DNA of 64,000 nt, taken from Chiloscyllium plagiosum. Lineage: Eukaryota. The stretch spans positions 58,386,411 through 58,450,410 of the forward strand of contig NC_057719.1 of assembly GCF_004010195.1 (NCBI RefSeq), read 5' to 3'. The translations under genes and the position numbers were made by a program. Positions 38,831 to 51,440 of this stretch are shown piece by piece. The number at the start of each line of letters is the position of its first letter. The first letter of the stretch is position 1. The notes under the pieces are model-generated. The model did no database searches. It was not told the origin of the DNA and saw nothing but the letters and a program-made list of their open reading frames with translations.

Positions 38831-41439
38831 AACTATGCTTCCTGGCTATGAAAGTGGCTAGGGGAGTACAGTTTGGGGCTCAACAAAACTATGCCATGAC
38901 AGGAGTAGATGTAAAAGGTAAAGGATTTTTACGGATCATGAAGCACCTATGGTATCGAATGTGAGATTAATACAAGTTTCTGCATCCAGATTTCAGAATA
39001 TTTTACAATAGGAAACTTGCACCTAATTGGAAGGACATGGGAAAGACATTGGATGTGACATGTCTCGAAAAATGGCTCGACTGACCATGTTAAGGGCCAC
39101 CCTGATAGCTCAGGTGTCAAGCGACTTCAAGAGATGTCATGCTGAGAGGGAAAGTGCAGGTACATTTTGCAAGAGATTAACCAACTCAGTGATGGCTTTG
39201 GCCAATGAACAATGAATAATAATTTACCAGCAACGTTTTAGCATCTGAGGCATAGCAGCTTTTAGAGTTATTCTGTTCTTCGTAATTTGTCGGTGTTGTT
39301 ATCGAAGGACGCTGTTACATTGAGGATTACCCTCTATGGTACACGAGTATGTACAATACCTCTGATGAAGAAAACTGGATTGCATGCAATATAACATTTA
39401 TGATAGAATATTAGGTTTCCTCTTGGTGTCTGGATGACTGGCTATCTGAAGGAACGGGAGGAGTTCTCAACATATATTATGACATATTTGGGCTTTGCTA
39501 ATGGTCAAAAAGCGATTTTGAAAGGGGAACGTAGAAGCAATTTTAGAAACAATTCATGTATATGCTTTTAGAATTGATTAAGATCAGTATATTACCACTG
39601 ATTGGTAGCACAAAGCGGGGTGAAGAGATATTGCAAGAATGAAGCCAGTACCTTATATTGGAAGAAGTGGTGATGAAATGATTAAGGTAGAACAAATTGT
39701 GATTTTGTAATATAATGAGATTCTGTGTGTTGCGTCATGTAATTGGATAATGGTGCAGTCCCTGGAATTCGAGAAACAGTATAACTATAACCCTGTGTAA
39801 TTGATCTTTAAAATTGTGTGTTATCTACGATGTGTATGGTTCTCCTTGCATATGCATGAATAAAACCAGTGAATAAATTAACTTGAGTCTTGTCTGATAA
39901 TTGCACGTATTGGAAGGAGGAAGACCTTTCCACTTCATAAGAACCATTATTTATTACAAATAAGTAATTCTGTACATAAATTACGATTAAATGGACTTGA
40001 CATCATAGCATATGCCTCTACCAGTTTAAAAAATCTAACCTCTTTTTCAAACTCATACTTTTTCTGTTCTCTGAAGTCTTTCCTTCTAACTTCTCCTTTC
40101 TTTTCCAGCCTTGATAAATGGGATAGGTTAGTGGCAAGAGTGGTAAGGTAACAAGATAAAAGCCCTAAGTACACCCACCAAACCCAAATTTAGTAAGAAT
40201 AGTAATGAGCAACATTGTGACAACTCAATGCAACATGTCAACAGATTGTAACTGTGGATCACCTCCAGTTGCATTGAGTCTTTAATTACAACGTATGCCT
40301 TTTTGAAAAACAAAAGAATATACAACAAAAATGACTGAGCAGATAAATTCCGTACAGTGAAATTCAGTCATTGTTGTGTAGGTTTGTGTGGATTATCCTT
40401 TGCTCAAGGGAAATCCTGAAATGTCACACCTAATGGGTGTCAAGGAAGCTTCAATGCGAAAGACTTCAAAAGGAAGAATGTATTGCAGATTGAACTGTAA
40501 TCTCTTGTAAGTTACCTCAGACAGTGAATGTGATGAGAGAGAGAAGGATAGTCTGGGTCAGATGCATACGTGTTTTTCCACTTTCAGGAATGGACAAGAA
40601 GAGAGGTTAAAAGTCAATCCTAACTGGCTGTATGCTTTAGTGACGAGTGTGCTGTGAAGATCACAGCTTGATTGCAGCCATTGAGCACCCCAGCACTTCA
40701 AGTGAAAATAAAATGCAAAGAACACACTTGCTCAGTGCTGCAAATAAATCACCATTAAAAGGTCACCTGGACCAAAGCATCTCAGATATTGGCAAATTAA
40801 GCATCTCAAAAGCAACTGCGCACCTACTAATATCCATGTGACTGGTATCTTGGATTAAGGGTCTTGACAATCGAGGCACCTGGTCTAGAATCACAAATTG
40901 AGGAATCTTGCCCAGGGACTGGTTGTAACAAAAGCCAGAAGTCAAAGGAAAAAGGGCTACATAGAAAGACTTCAACTGTAGACTTCATTTTTATCTTTTT
41001 AAAATATATTTTCATCAGAAGTGGGCAACAATAATAATGCAATGTTTATTTCCTGTTGCCTTGATTTTAGAGTAGTCTATGTCAGAATACAATATTTTGA
41101 ATCAGCTCAACTTCGACTCTTGTTTTTAATCAAGTCACATCATTGAAATATTGGATAGTACTATATATCTAAAGTTGTTTTCTTTCAGAGAAAACAAAAA
41201 TACTCATCTGTCTAGGCAGTTGGGTGTAAGAGGTCATATGGTATTGCTTGAAGAGGACCTTGGAGTTTACCTGATGTCTTGACCAAAACTTGCTCATCAA
41301 ACACTAAATATTGTCTGATCATTCATTCATTTGCTATTTGTGGGACCTATTTTACATAAATTGCCTCTTGATTAACTGATCATTTATGTCATCGGTGTCT
41401 GCACACTTCAATAAATTGATTGCCTCATTTGTCTGTCTG

Positions 41440-41652
41440 GAGGAGAAAATGAGGTCTGCAGATGCTGGAGATCAGAGCTGGAAATGTGTTGCTGGAAAAG
41501 CGCAGCAGATCAGGCAGCATCCAGGGAACAGGAGAATCGACCTTTCGGGCATAAGCCCTTCTTCAGGAAAGGCTTATGCCCGAAACGTCGATTCTCCTGT
41601 TCCCTAGATGCTGCCTGACCTGCTGCGCTTTTCCAGCAACACATTTCCAGCC
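41440..41652. mobile_element. Foldback PLE-terminus mini-element (family A) with hammerhead
   Basis: About 80-bp near-perfect inverted arms. 14-bp TSD catttgtctgtctg at 41426-41439 and 41653-41666. Minus strand reads ttc-CTGAAGA-a-gggc-ttat-gccc-GAAA-gg-TC-ga. Confidence 0.88.
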
Positions 41653-42559
41653 CATTTGTCTGTCTGTCAACTGAAGGAAGAGATTGATATGTTTTGTTAA
41701 TTTTAGATATGAACGTAATTTAGAATGTTAGATTTCTATCAAGCATGTTAAAAAATAATCTGGATTACTTGCGTTGGTATCAAAGATCGGTCCAGACTGT
41801 GAGATGTAAAAATTGTTATTTACTTGCATTTGTCTAGTCTTATTTGAGTTCACTACAGAACAGAGACTCCTTTTTGGAAAGTTTATTACATTCCACATGG
41901 TACTCATATTATTTAATAGTTGAAATTTTAAATTTTCCTTTTCCAGTACTCCTGAAACTATCAGTTGTCGACTTTGATGCAAATAAATTAGTCATTTCAT
42001 TTGCCAATTTGCGTCAGGAGGCAATCAAAGCTAAAATTAAATCATCTTTAAGTATTTTTCACTGGTTTCATGTCTGAACAAAAATTCATAAAGAATATGA
42101 AAAATGAGGTGTCATTAGAGCTACAGGATTCATGGGGATTTTATATGAAGCCTGTTTAATCAGAATGGTGCAGCTATTAATATTCATAAAGTCAGCTTGA
42201 ATACAAATGACAGTCAAAGGAAGCTGAGATTTCATATATTTTCACAGAGTGAATATATTATAATACAGCTTAAAAAATTAATGGTATTTTGTTTAAATTA
42301 GAGAATAGCGAGAATCCAGAAGTCCTTATCAAAACTGAAATTAGAACTTTTTGCCAGAATGCAATTACAGTAGCAATGTTTCTGACCAGTCAACAAATGA
42401 GTTTTGGTCAGATATTGTGGATGTATGTATGTCTTGTGCGGTATGAGGAAAGATCCAGTGCCTTTATTTTTGCATGAATTATTCATTCTCAATTCTCTTT
42501 CTGAAATTTGAAGTCTTTTTTCTCTTTTCCTTAAGAGAATTCAAGGTAGAAAAAGCTAT

Positions 42560-43285
42560 AATGGACAATGGACCGAGGAGTGGTAGGTGGAGTTTAATTT
42601 AGATAAATGTGAGATATTGCATTTTAGGAAGGCAAGCCAGGGCAGGACCTATATGGTTAATGGTAGGGTCCTGGGCAGTGGTGTTGAACAAACAGACCTC
42701 AGGGTGCAGGTGCATAGTTTCTTGAAAGTAGTCATAGGTAGATAAGGTGGTGAAGAAAGCATTTAGCATGCTTGCATTCATTCGTCCGAACTTTGAGTAT
42801 AGGAGTTGGGGGGCCATGTTGTGCCTGTGCAGACATTGTTGAGGCCACTTTTGGAATACTGCATACATGTCTGGTTGCCCTTCTATAAGAAGGATCTTGT
42901 TAAACTTGAGAAATGCAGAAAAGATTTACAAGGATTTTTGAGGGTTTGTGTTATAGGGAGAGGCTGCGTAGGCTGGGGATTTTTTCCCAGGAGCATCGGA
43001 AGCTGAAGAGTGACTTTATAAAGGTTTATAAAATCATGAGAAGCATGGATAGGATGAATATCCTGAATAGCTAACATATATTTCCTAAAGTGGGGGAGCC
43101 TAAAACTAGAGGGCATAAGTTTAAGGTGACATGGAAAGATTTACGAACCATCTGAGGAGTTTTCATGCAAAGGTGATGCATGTGTGGAATGAGCTGCCAG
43201 AGGTGATGTTGTTGGAGGTGGGCACAATTACGACATTCAAAAGGCATCTGAATGGGTATGTGAATAGGAAGGGTTTAGAGGAAGC
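42560..43285 (+). mobile_element. CR1 ORF2 C-terminal fragment
   Basis: QTLLRPLLEYCIHVWLPFYKKDLVKLE and downstream CR1 3' coding sequence. Confidence 0.85.
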
Positions 43286-43309
43286 CTGTGCCAATTCCTA
43301 ATCTTTATT

Positions 43310-43800
43310 TAGACCTGCTGCTTATTGACCATGAACGGTTTCTATCCTTCTGTTCACCTCCAGTTCATGTGTCTTTCAAGATGTGCCCTAAACTTTGCTA
43401 AAGTGCTTGCTTCCAACACCTCCACTGGCAGTGTGTTTCGGGCACTCCTTGTGAAACATTTTCCCCACACTTCTCCCCTAAACTTTCCCCCTCTCAGCTT
43501 GAGCCTGTGCCCTCTTTTAGTTGACTTTTCCATCTTGGGGAAAAAAAGAACACTGACTGTCCATCCTATCTATGCCTCATAATTTTGTACACCTCTATCA
43601 GGTCACCCCTCAGTCTCTGTATTTCTGAGTTAATCTAACTTCTTCTCATGACTAAAACACTCCAGACCAGGCAACATCCTAGTAAACATTCTCTGCATCC
43701 TTTCCAAAATATCCATGCCCTTTTATTAGTGTGGTGACCAGACCTGCATGCAATATTCCAAATGTGGTCTATACAGCTGTGACATAACTTGTTGACTTTT
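43310..43800 (-). mobile_element. CR1 3' fragment (different subfamily)
   Basis: Antisense CR1 ORF2 end (gaccacatttggaatattgc; gagggtgacctgatagaggtgtacaaaattatgaggc-like). Confidence 0.8.
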
Positions 43801-44109
43801 ATGTCAAATTTCAAAGGAGCAACGATTTTATATGAAGCCTGTTTAATCAGAATGGTGCAGCTACATGGCAAAAGGGCATGAATTGGTTGGCAAGTGAGTT
43901 CTGATTAGTCAAGGCATTGCCATGAACAATGTTCATTGAGGTATTGTCCATTTTTGTGTGTAAATTGGGAGACATTGTTTTGCATTTTGTAAGTCTAGGC
44001 TCATTGATACTGTCCATGTTCTGCTAATTGTAACGTTGAATAATGTGCTGTTTGACACAATATACCCGCTATTGTAACATAGTGTGCGTGATATTACACT
44101 GGCAGTGAA

Positions 44110-44680
44110 ATTCATTTTATTCAATTTTGTGGTAGGCAGTACATCCCTTTTACTTGATGGTAGTATTCTATTTGTGGAAAATAAGTCTAAAATTTCTCTT
44201 ATGTAGTAGCAGCATAAAACAGCTAGTTTCACTGATTCCTCAAATGCTTGAGGCACTTTTACCTTCTTGGTAATTTGAGACAGACTGGGAGTTTTTAGCT
44301 GCATGGTGTTGAGCATTGCAATCATCTTAAGCATACTTGCTTCTGACTTTGTGTTGAAAGGAATATTGTTTTTGAAGTAGTCTGCAATGACATTCTCTTG
44401 AGGAAATCCTACAGTGTCTGCAGAAAAATGATTGGCTTCCAATAACCCAACTGTAATAGTCAGTGCTAGGTTTCACTCCAACCAGAGCTTCTCTTCTGAC
44501 TTCCATTGACTTCAATTTTTTTTCAAGACTTTTATGGATAGTCATTGTCATCTCACCTGTGGAATTGATTGATCTGTTTTGTCCATACTTCCATCATGGC
44601 TGGAATAAAGTCTACCACAGTCAGCCCATGGTGGAACCTGAAGGACTCGACTACTTTTTTGTGTATGTCTGTGCATAGGG
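44110..44680 (-). mobile_element. Possible ancient hAT transposase C-terminal remnant
   Basis: LFSTNRILPSSKRDVLPTTKLNKMNF resembles the end of the hAT dimerization domain (ERLFS.AG.I...KR..L...KL..L.F). Similarity judged by eye only. Confidence 0.3.
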
Positions 44681-45110
44681 TGGAACAGTAATTGATTGGG
44701 ACGGGATTTGTCCTGCTTTTTTGAGGGCAGGATAAACTGAATTTATTTCCCTTGTCAGGTAAATTTTGGTGTTGTAACTGTGCAAGAGTGGACAGTTTGC
44801 AAGGGGCTGCTTATTCTGGAACGCACATCTTTAGTATTACCGCCAGATGTTGATATGGCCTGCAGCCTTTTGCTGTATCTAGTGCTTTCAGCTGTTTCTT
44901 TTAACACTTGAATTGATTGAAGACTGATGTCATTGACACCAGTGACCATGAAAAGAGGCTGAGAGAGGTTACCATCTCCGTACTTCTGGCTGAAAATGGT
45001 GGCAAATCCATCAGCCATATCTATTGCACTGAGGTAATGGGCTATGGGATGTTTCTGGACCCTCCACCTTCCTTCAAGAATTGTCTACCAGCATTCATGG
45101 TTGGATGCAA
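44680..45110 (-). mobile_element. Old L2/CR1-group RT fragment
   Basis: Homologous to 15390-15510 (gtaattg...gatttgtcctgctttt...caggataaactg). ORF MADGFATIFSQK. Confidence 0.55.
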
Positions 45111-45182
45111 TAAGTCTGCTTTGGAGGCCTTTGCTAAAGCAAATGAGTTGTGATAGTGCAAAGCACTCAATGCTCTCTAATA

Positions 45183-45393
45183 CAGGTAGTTCTTTTATAA
45201 CACAATGGTTGCATTCTTGTACAATCCTGCATTATAGAAAAATCACACTTTAGAAACAACACTTAAAGTGTTGGCAATGTAATCGCATTACAGCCAGCAC
45301 ATGTTTTAAACGTGTTAGAAAGTGTCCCCAGTTCATCAATTACATTACAGTGAATTTGTGTTAATGAAACGTGGGTTATAGCAGAGCAACCTG
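45183..45393. mobile_element. Tc1/mariner-type (Tigger-like) MITE, 211 bp
   Basis: Imperfect TIRs CAGGTAGTTCTTTTATAAC / GTTATAGCAGAGCAACCTG, flanked by TA on both sides. Confidence 0.75.
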
Positions 45394-45419
45394 TATATAT
45401 CTAGAATTGTTCAAAATAT

Positions 45420-45770
45420 ATGTAACATCAAGGGGCTTGACAGGACAAATGCTGAGAGGATGTTTCCCGTCATGAGAGTCTAGGACCAGAGGGCACCATT
45501 ACAGAATAAATGGACATCAATTTAAGACTGAGATGAGGAGGAATTTCTTCTGTTAGAGGGTTGTTGCTCTTTGCCACAGAGAGCTGTGGGGACTGAAAAC
45601 TTGTGTGTTTTTAAGGCTGTGATAGATTCTTGATAAGATGGGGAATTAAGGGTTGTGGGGAATGGGGAGGAAAGTGGACTTAAGTGTCGGATCAGTCATG
45701 ATCCTGTTGAAAGGTAGAGCAAACCTGAGAGGCCTCATGCCTTCCTCCTGTTCCTGTTTCTGATAGTCTT
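45420..45770 (+). mobile_element. CR1 3' end
   Basis: KGLDRTNAERMFP...FKTEMRRNFFC-RVV coding followed by a CR1 3' UTR. Confidence 0.8.
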
Positions 45771-46117
45771 GTGGACCATCAAGCTTGGAGTTGATAGCCT
45801 TACACTGAAAGTGAGTGAATAACAAAAACATTGTCCAATGGGAAAAGAGTGAATGACTCAACTATTTATGGATTAAGATTGCTGTTGGACGAAGCCTGAT
45901 GGCAAATGCAAACCCATTATGTAGCAGGTGCCTTATCAGATAACCAAACTCTAATCTCATGTAAAGCAGCAGTGATTGATAACTCCCATCCAAAATGCAG
46001 ACCCTCAATCTGATACTTTTCTGATCACAGAGACAAGCACCATTTATGAGCTGCCAAGTTAAGCCATTGACTATCAAAACATAATACAAGGGTATTGTTG
46101 CCTCACAGTGCCTAGGA

Positions 46118-46395
46118 TCCATGTCTATGTGTTTCCTTCAGGTGCTCTGGTTTGCTCCCATAGTCCAAAGGTGTACGGTTAGGTGGATTGGACATGATGC
46201 ATTGCCCACAGTGAGCAGAGATGTGTAGGTTAGATGGATTAGCAATGGGAAATGCAGGGTTATGGGAATGCGGGGGTAGGCGGGTGGTGGGAGGGGGAGA
46301 ATGTAGGGATGGGTCTGAGTAGAATGCTTTTTGGAAGGTCAGTGCGGACTCAATGGGCTGAATAGCTTGCTTCCGCACTATAGCAATTCTATAAT
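46118..46395 (+). mobile_element. HE1-type SINE lacking its tRNA head
   Basis: V-SINE core (gtgtttccttcaggtgctctggtttgctcccatagtccaaagg) plus CR1-like tail. Confidence 0.8.
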
Positions 46396-48749
46396 TTTCA
46401 GTCAATATAATTTTTAATTAACACTTCTTATTTTACTGGAGGAATGATTAATGGCTCATTGGATTGCCCGGTGGGAGTCCTCATCTGAGCCAAAATGTAA
46501 TGAATTTCAAGCCCGAATCTGGGACTTGAGTACATTATTTCGTCTTTCTGTGGCATTGTTCTTAGAAGAACTGGGTTCTTTTCCTTATTTTAATGAATAT
46601 TTGGTCAGATATCCAGTAGTATGTCTCCATTTAACCTTGCCGTTTCTTATGGTATGACTCAAAATGCACTCCTCCAAAAAACTGATTACTGATCAATGTT
46701 ATTTCTCCCTGGTAAGTGAACCAGACTGCATATAACCTTCATCCCATATTTGATCCAAATGAAATTCTAGTTTCCATTCGTAAGAGCATCTAATTACTAC
46801 AACTAATGTTGCGCAACTCCACCCTGCTCCAATTCATCTGTTGTTGATATCTTCATCTGTGTCTCTGTTACTGTTAGACTTGACTTCCCTTCTGCCCAGC
46901 TTTCTGTGATCTATCTCCTGTGAATTTGAGGCTTTTTAAAAGATGAAAGCTTGCTTGTGGAGTGAAGTAAAATACAAATAAAAATACAATTTTCCTGTAG
47001 GCTTAATCTGATATGTTTTTTTTAAGAAAAGATACAAATATCAACTGTTGGGACATTGATCTTCCTTGGTATTGTGGTCTTTCCATAAATTTTAAGGTTA
47101 TTTACATTAAAATTTGAAAAGTGAAAATTAGATGCTGCTGCAGTGTATGCTGGAAATTATGTTATTGTGTGCATAAATATTGGTCTTTATCTGAAATTTC
47201 CCAACACTTCAATACTAACTGGAATTCTACTAAATCTGATGCGCATTTTTCTGTCTAAAAGTCTTAACTTCATGATTCAGTCTATTCTAAAAACCTGTTG
47301 TCAGCTGAAATCTTTGCATGAAGCTATGATAGTTAACCTATCAGTTCCCAAAGACTTTTTATGATTATTAAGTACATTTTTCTTGATTGTGCCAGCAGCT
47401 ATTTTGGTTGAAGATTGATGAAACAGTCACTTGCCAATGTTCTTTGTTCAGTGACAGGATTTACAGGGGACAGATGAATTGAAACCGTGTGATGATAGAT
47501 TTTTTGGTAGTTGTACCAATTTTGAATACTAGTTAAGATAGGACTCCTGTGACCTAGTGGTACTGTTCCTACCTCTGAGATCTAGGTTCAAGTCCCACTT
47601 TGCTCCAGAGCATTTTATAACATGTCTGCACATGTGCATGATGAAAATAACTACTATACTTCAGTCAATTTCTGCTATTTGTCTGGAGCTGACGTGTGAT
47701 TTTGAATGTGTGTATCTTTGCACATAAATGACCTTTAAGCACATCCCTGTCACTTATCAAATCCAGTGTTATATCATTACATGGAATCACACATTTGAAC
47801 TCAACTACATTTCTTATTGCCCATCTAAAGCCCAATGCCATTTAAATATGCAAAACCAATTCTGACTTGTTTTGCTTATAGTTGAGTGATCTTTCACTGA
47901 AACATAAACTTACAATGCTTCCAAGTTTGCTTTAACAATACAATGGAAGCTTATTAAAAAAAGTATTAATTTGAATTAGACTAAATTGAATTATCTGCTT
48001 AGAACATAAGTTCAAAGCTTTTTAAACACATAGTAAAACTGTGATCCAATTGAACTCAAAGCACTCCTTTATAAACTGAACTATAAAATGAAAAGAAAAC
48101 CAGCAGCTTTTGTATCATGCCCAAAGCGCATGCTGGTGCATGATCCAAACACACACCTCTTATAGTATCTAAAAGTACCACTAATACAATAATTATCTAG
48201 AATCCCTGTGTCTCATACCTTGATAGATTTAAGCCAGTTATACCTTTAATTTATAGATTGCAATTACAGATTGCTACTTCCTAGAACTTTTCATTAGCTG
48301 AAAACACTCAACATACACAACTTCAAGTAACCGTTTCAGAGTTTTATCCCAATCCTTCTGTTTTTGGATTGCCACTGACTCTTTAATTAATGTACTTTCA
48401 CGATGTCCTTCCATTCTCTGGAGCACTGGTCTATCCAAGTTTCTTCATTGAAGGACTTCACAGGACTTCAAACTCAACTAGAACTACAAAGTCTCTCTCA
48501 ACTTTTGGTATTTTGTTTAAACTTAAAACAAAATTCTCCTGATTTTTTAAGCTAAAGCTTGCTAATTTTGTTTGGTTATAAAACTTTATCAATGTACACA
48601 AAAACTCATTCATCTTAAAGCTAAGCCTCAAAAGCTATTTCAAAAGAAGTCAACATGAGTATAGAAATACTTAAAGTAATAATTAACTTAAGTCACAGGA
48701 AAAGAAGTCTCTCACTGACAAAAAATCTAATAAGTCAAACTTGCAATGA

Positions 48750-50640
48750 ATTAAGACCATAAGATTGTATGAAGTAGGAACACATGTGAGCTGTTTGGCC
48801 CCTCAAACCTGCACCACCATTCAGTAGGATCATGGCTGATCTAATATTCCTCATGTCCACTTTTCTGCCCTTTCCCCATAACCTTGATTCCCCTACTGAT
48901 CAAGCATTTATTTATCTCAACCTTAAATATACAAAAGGACTTGTCCCCACAGCTGTCAGTGGTAAAGAGTTCCAAAGACTAACAACCCTCTGACAGAGAA
49001 AATTCCTCCTCATTTCAATCTTAAATTGATGACCCTTTATTCTGAGATGATGTCCTCTGGTCCTAGAATCTCCCCCTAGAATCCTCTCAGCATTTATCCT
49101 ATCGAGCCCCCTTCAGAATTCTAATGTTTCACTGAGATTGCCACCATTCTTCTGACCTCCAATGAGTAGAGTCCCCACTTATTTAGCCTTTGCTCATAAG
49201 ACAATCGTCCATACCAGGGATTCTTTAAACTGCCTCCAATGAAATAAATATCTTTCCTGAAATCATGGGACTAAATCTGCTAACAGTACTCCAGACATGG
49301 TCGCATTAGCACCTTGTACAACTGCAGTAAAACATCCCCATTATAATCCAAACCCTTTGAAATATATCCAATATTCCATGAGACTTCCTGATTACCTGTT
49401 GTTCTTATGTGCTAGCTTTCTATATCTTGAACATAAGTACCCCCAAGTCTCCCTGTATAGTAGTTTCCTGCAGATTTTCTTTTCCATTTAAATATTACTC
49501 TGTTCTTTTGCCCTCCCGTCTAAAATGAATAACTCACATTTTTCAACATTAGTCTCCATTTTCAAACTTTTTGACCACTCACTAAACTTATGAATATCTC
49601 TCTGTAAACTGTTTGTATCCCTCTCTTTCTACCAATTTTAGTGTTGTCTAGTGTTGGTGGTGATCAATTTTCATACTTCCTCCAAGTTATTAACATATAT
49701 TATAAACAGTTTTGGTCCAAACACTGATCTCTGTGGAAACCAACTGGTTGTAGATTGCTAAACTAAAATAGAACCCCTTATCCTAACTGCCACGAGCCAA
49801 TTCTCTGTGCCAATATACTACTACCAACATCATGTGCTGTTAACATATAACTTGACCTGGTGTGAGGTACCTTGTCAAACACTTGTTGGAAATCCAAATA
49901 TAACACAGCTACTGGTTCCCCTTTATCTACTCTGGTTGAGACTTGCTCAAAAACTTCTAATAAATTAGTCAGACAGGATAAGCCTTTCATGAAGTTATGC
50001 TCACTTTGCTTGAATAGATTATGATCTGTTATGTGCCAGTGGTTGATATTATTTTTCCAACAATAAGTGTCAGGTTAATCGGCCTATAGTTACTGCTTTT
50101 TGTCTCCTTTTTTAGAGTAAGGATGCCACACTAGCAGTGTTCCAATGTTCTAGTAATTCCCCAGACGACAGCGGTTTGTGAAAAATTGCAACCAATGCAT
50201 TTCTGTAACCATCTCTCTCCCTCTCTCGCTTATTATCCTGTAGTTCCATTTGTTTGTTTAATGCTACTCTCTCTGTCTCTTGGCCTTAAGCCCCATTAGT
50301 TTGTTTAATGTTATTTTCTTGTGATGGAAATGGTACTTAAATCCTTCCTGTATTCTTTTGTATTAATGGAATGTTTGAAGCATCTTCCACCATGAAGAAT
50401 GATGCAAAGTTGCTGTTTAATTTCTCTGTTATTTTCTGGTTCCCCAAAACTATCACTCCACACTCATTTTCTAAAGGGCCTATGATTACATTGATCTCTC
50501 TCCTACTTTTTATATATTTGAAAGAAACTCTTTTATTGTCAATTTTTTATATTACTTGGTAGTTCGACCTCACTGTTCATTTTCTCTTTCTTTGTTATTT
50601 ATAAAACACAATTCACGCAATTTAAGTTATAAAGGTTGTT
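48750..50640 (-). mobile_element. Old CR1 ORF2/3' fragment
   Basis: ORF 49778-49990 SCLTNLLEVFEQV...VAVLYLDFQQVFDKVPH (RT domain) and tail taagaccataag. Confidence 0.85.
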
Positions 50641-50819
50641 GGCATCTTTATACTCCTTGATTGTAGAATGTACACAACATTTACAATTGCATCATCTGTC
50701 AATTTCCTTGAGCACCATGGCCTAAGTTTGCATGGTTAGAATGAAAACTGGTGGAATTACTAAACTAGTCTCCCACAGGTGAGCAAAATAGTCTTATTAT
50801 TGAGTTTGTTGACATTCCT

Positions 50820-51440
50820 TCTCAATTTAGTGAGAAGAATTCAAGTACAGAAGCAAGGATCTTAAAGTACAATTGTGCAGGATTTTTGTGAGACTTCAAG
50901 TATTGTGTGCAGTTTTGATCTCCTTACCTGAGAAAGGATGTTTTGCCTATGGAGAGAGTATGACAAATATTTGACAAACTGATCCCTGGGATGGCAACAC
51001 TGATGTATGAAGAGAGACAGCATCATTTCGAACTGTATTCACTGGAGTTTAGAAGAATGAAATGGCAGGGGGGTGGGGATGGGGGGGTGAAATTTCATAG
51101 AAATAGACAAGGTAAACACAAGAAGGATGTTCCAGATGACCAGGAGAGTCCAGAATGAAAAAACACAGATACAGTACACTACTTAGGATTGAGATGTGGA
51201 AAAACTTATTCACCTAGAAATTGCTGGAATTCTCTGTCATAGAAAATAGTTGAGGCCAAAATGTTTGTTTTAAGGGAATTAGATAACAGTCCTTTGGGGA
51301 TAAAGCAGTCAACGGGTATGGAGTGAAAGTGACAGCATGATACTGAGTTGGATGATCAGTCGTGATCATATTGAATGGCAGCGCAGGCTGGAAGGTGAAC
51401 AGCCTACTTATGCTCCTATTTTGTGGTTTTTGGTATCTTG
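50820..51440 (+). mobile_element. Old CR1 3' end
   Basis: gtattgtgtgcagttttgatctccttacctgagaaaggatg (YCVQF-SPYLRKD) through to the 3' UTR. Confidence 0.75.
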
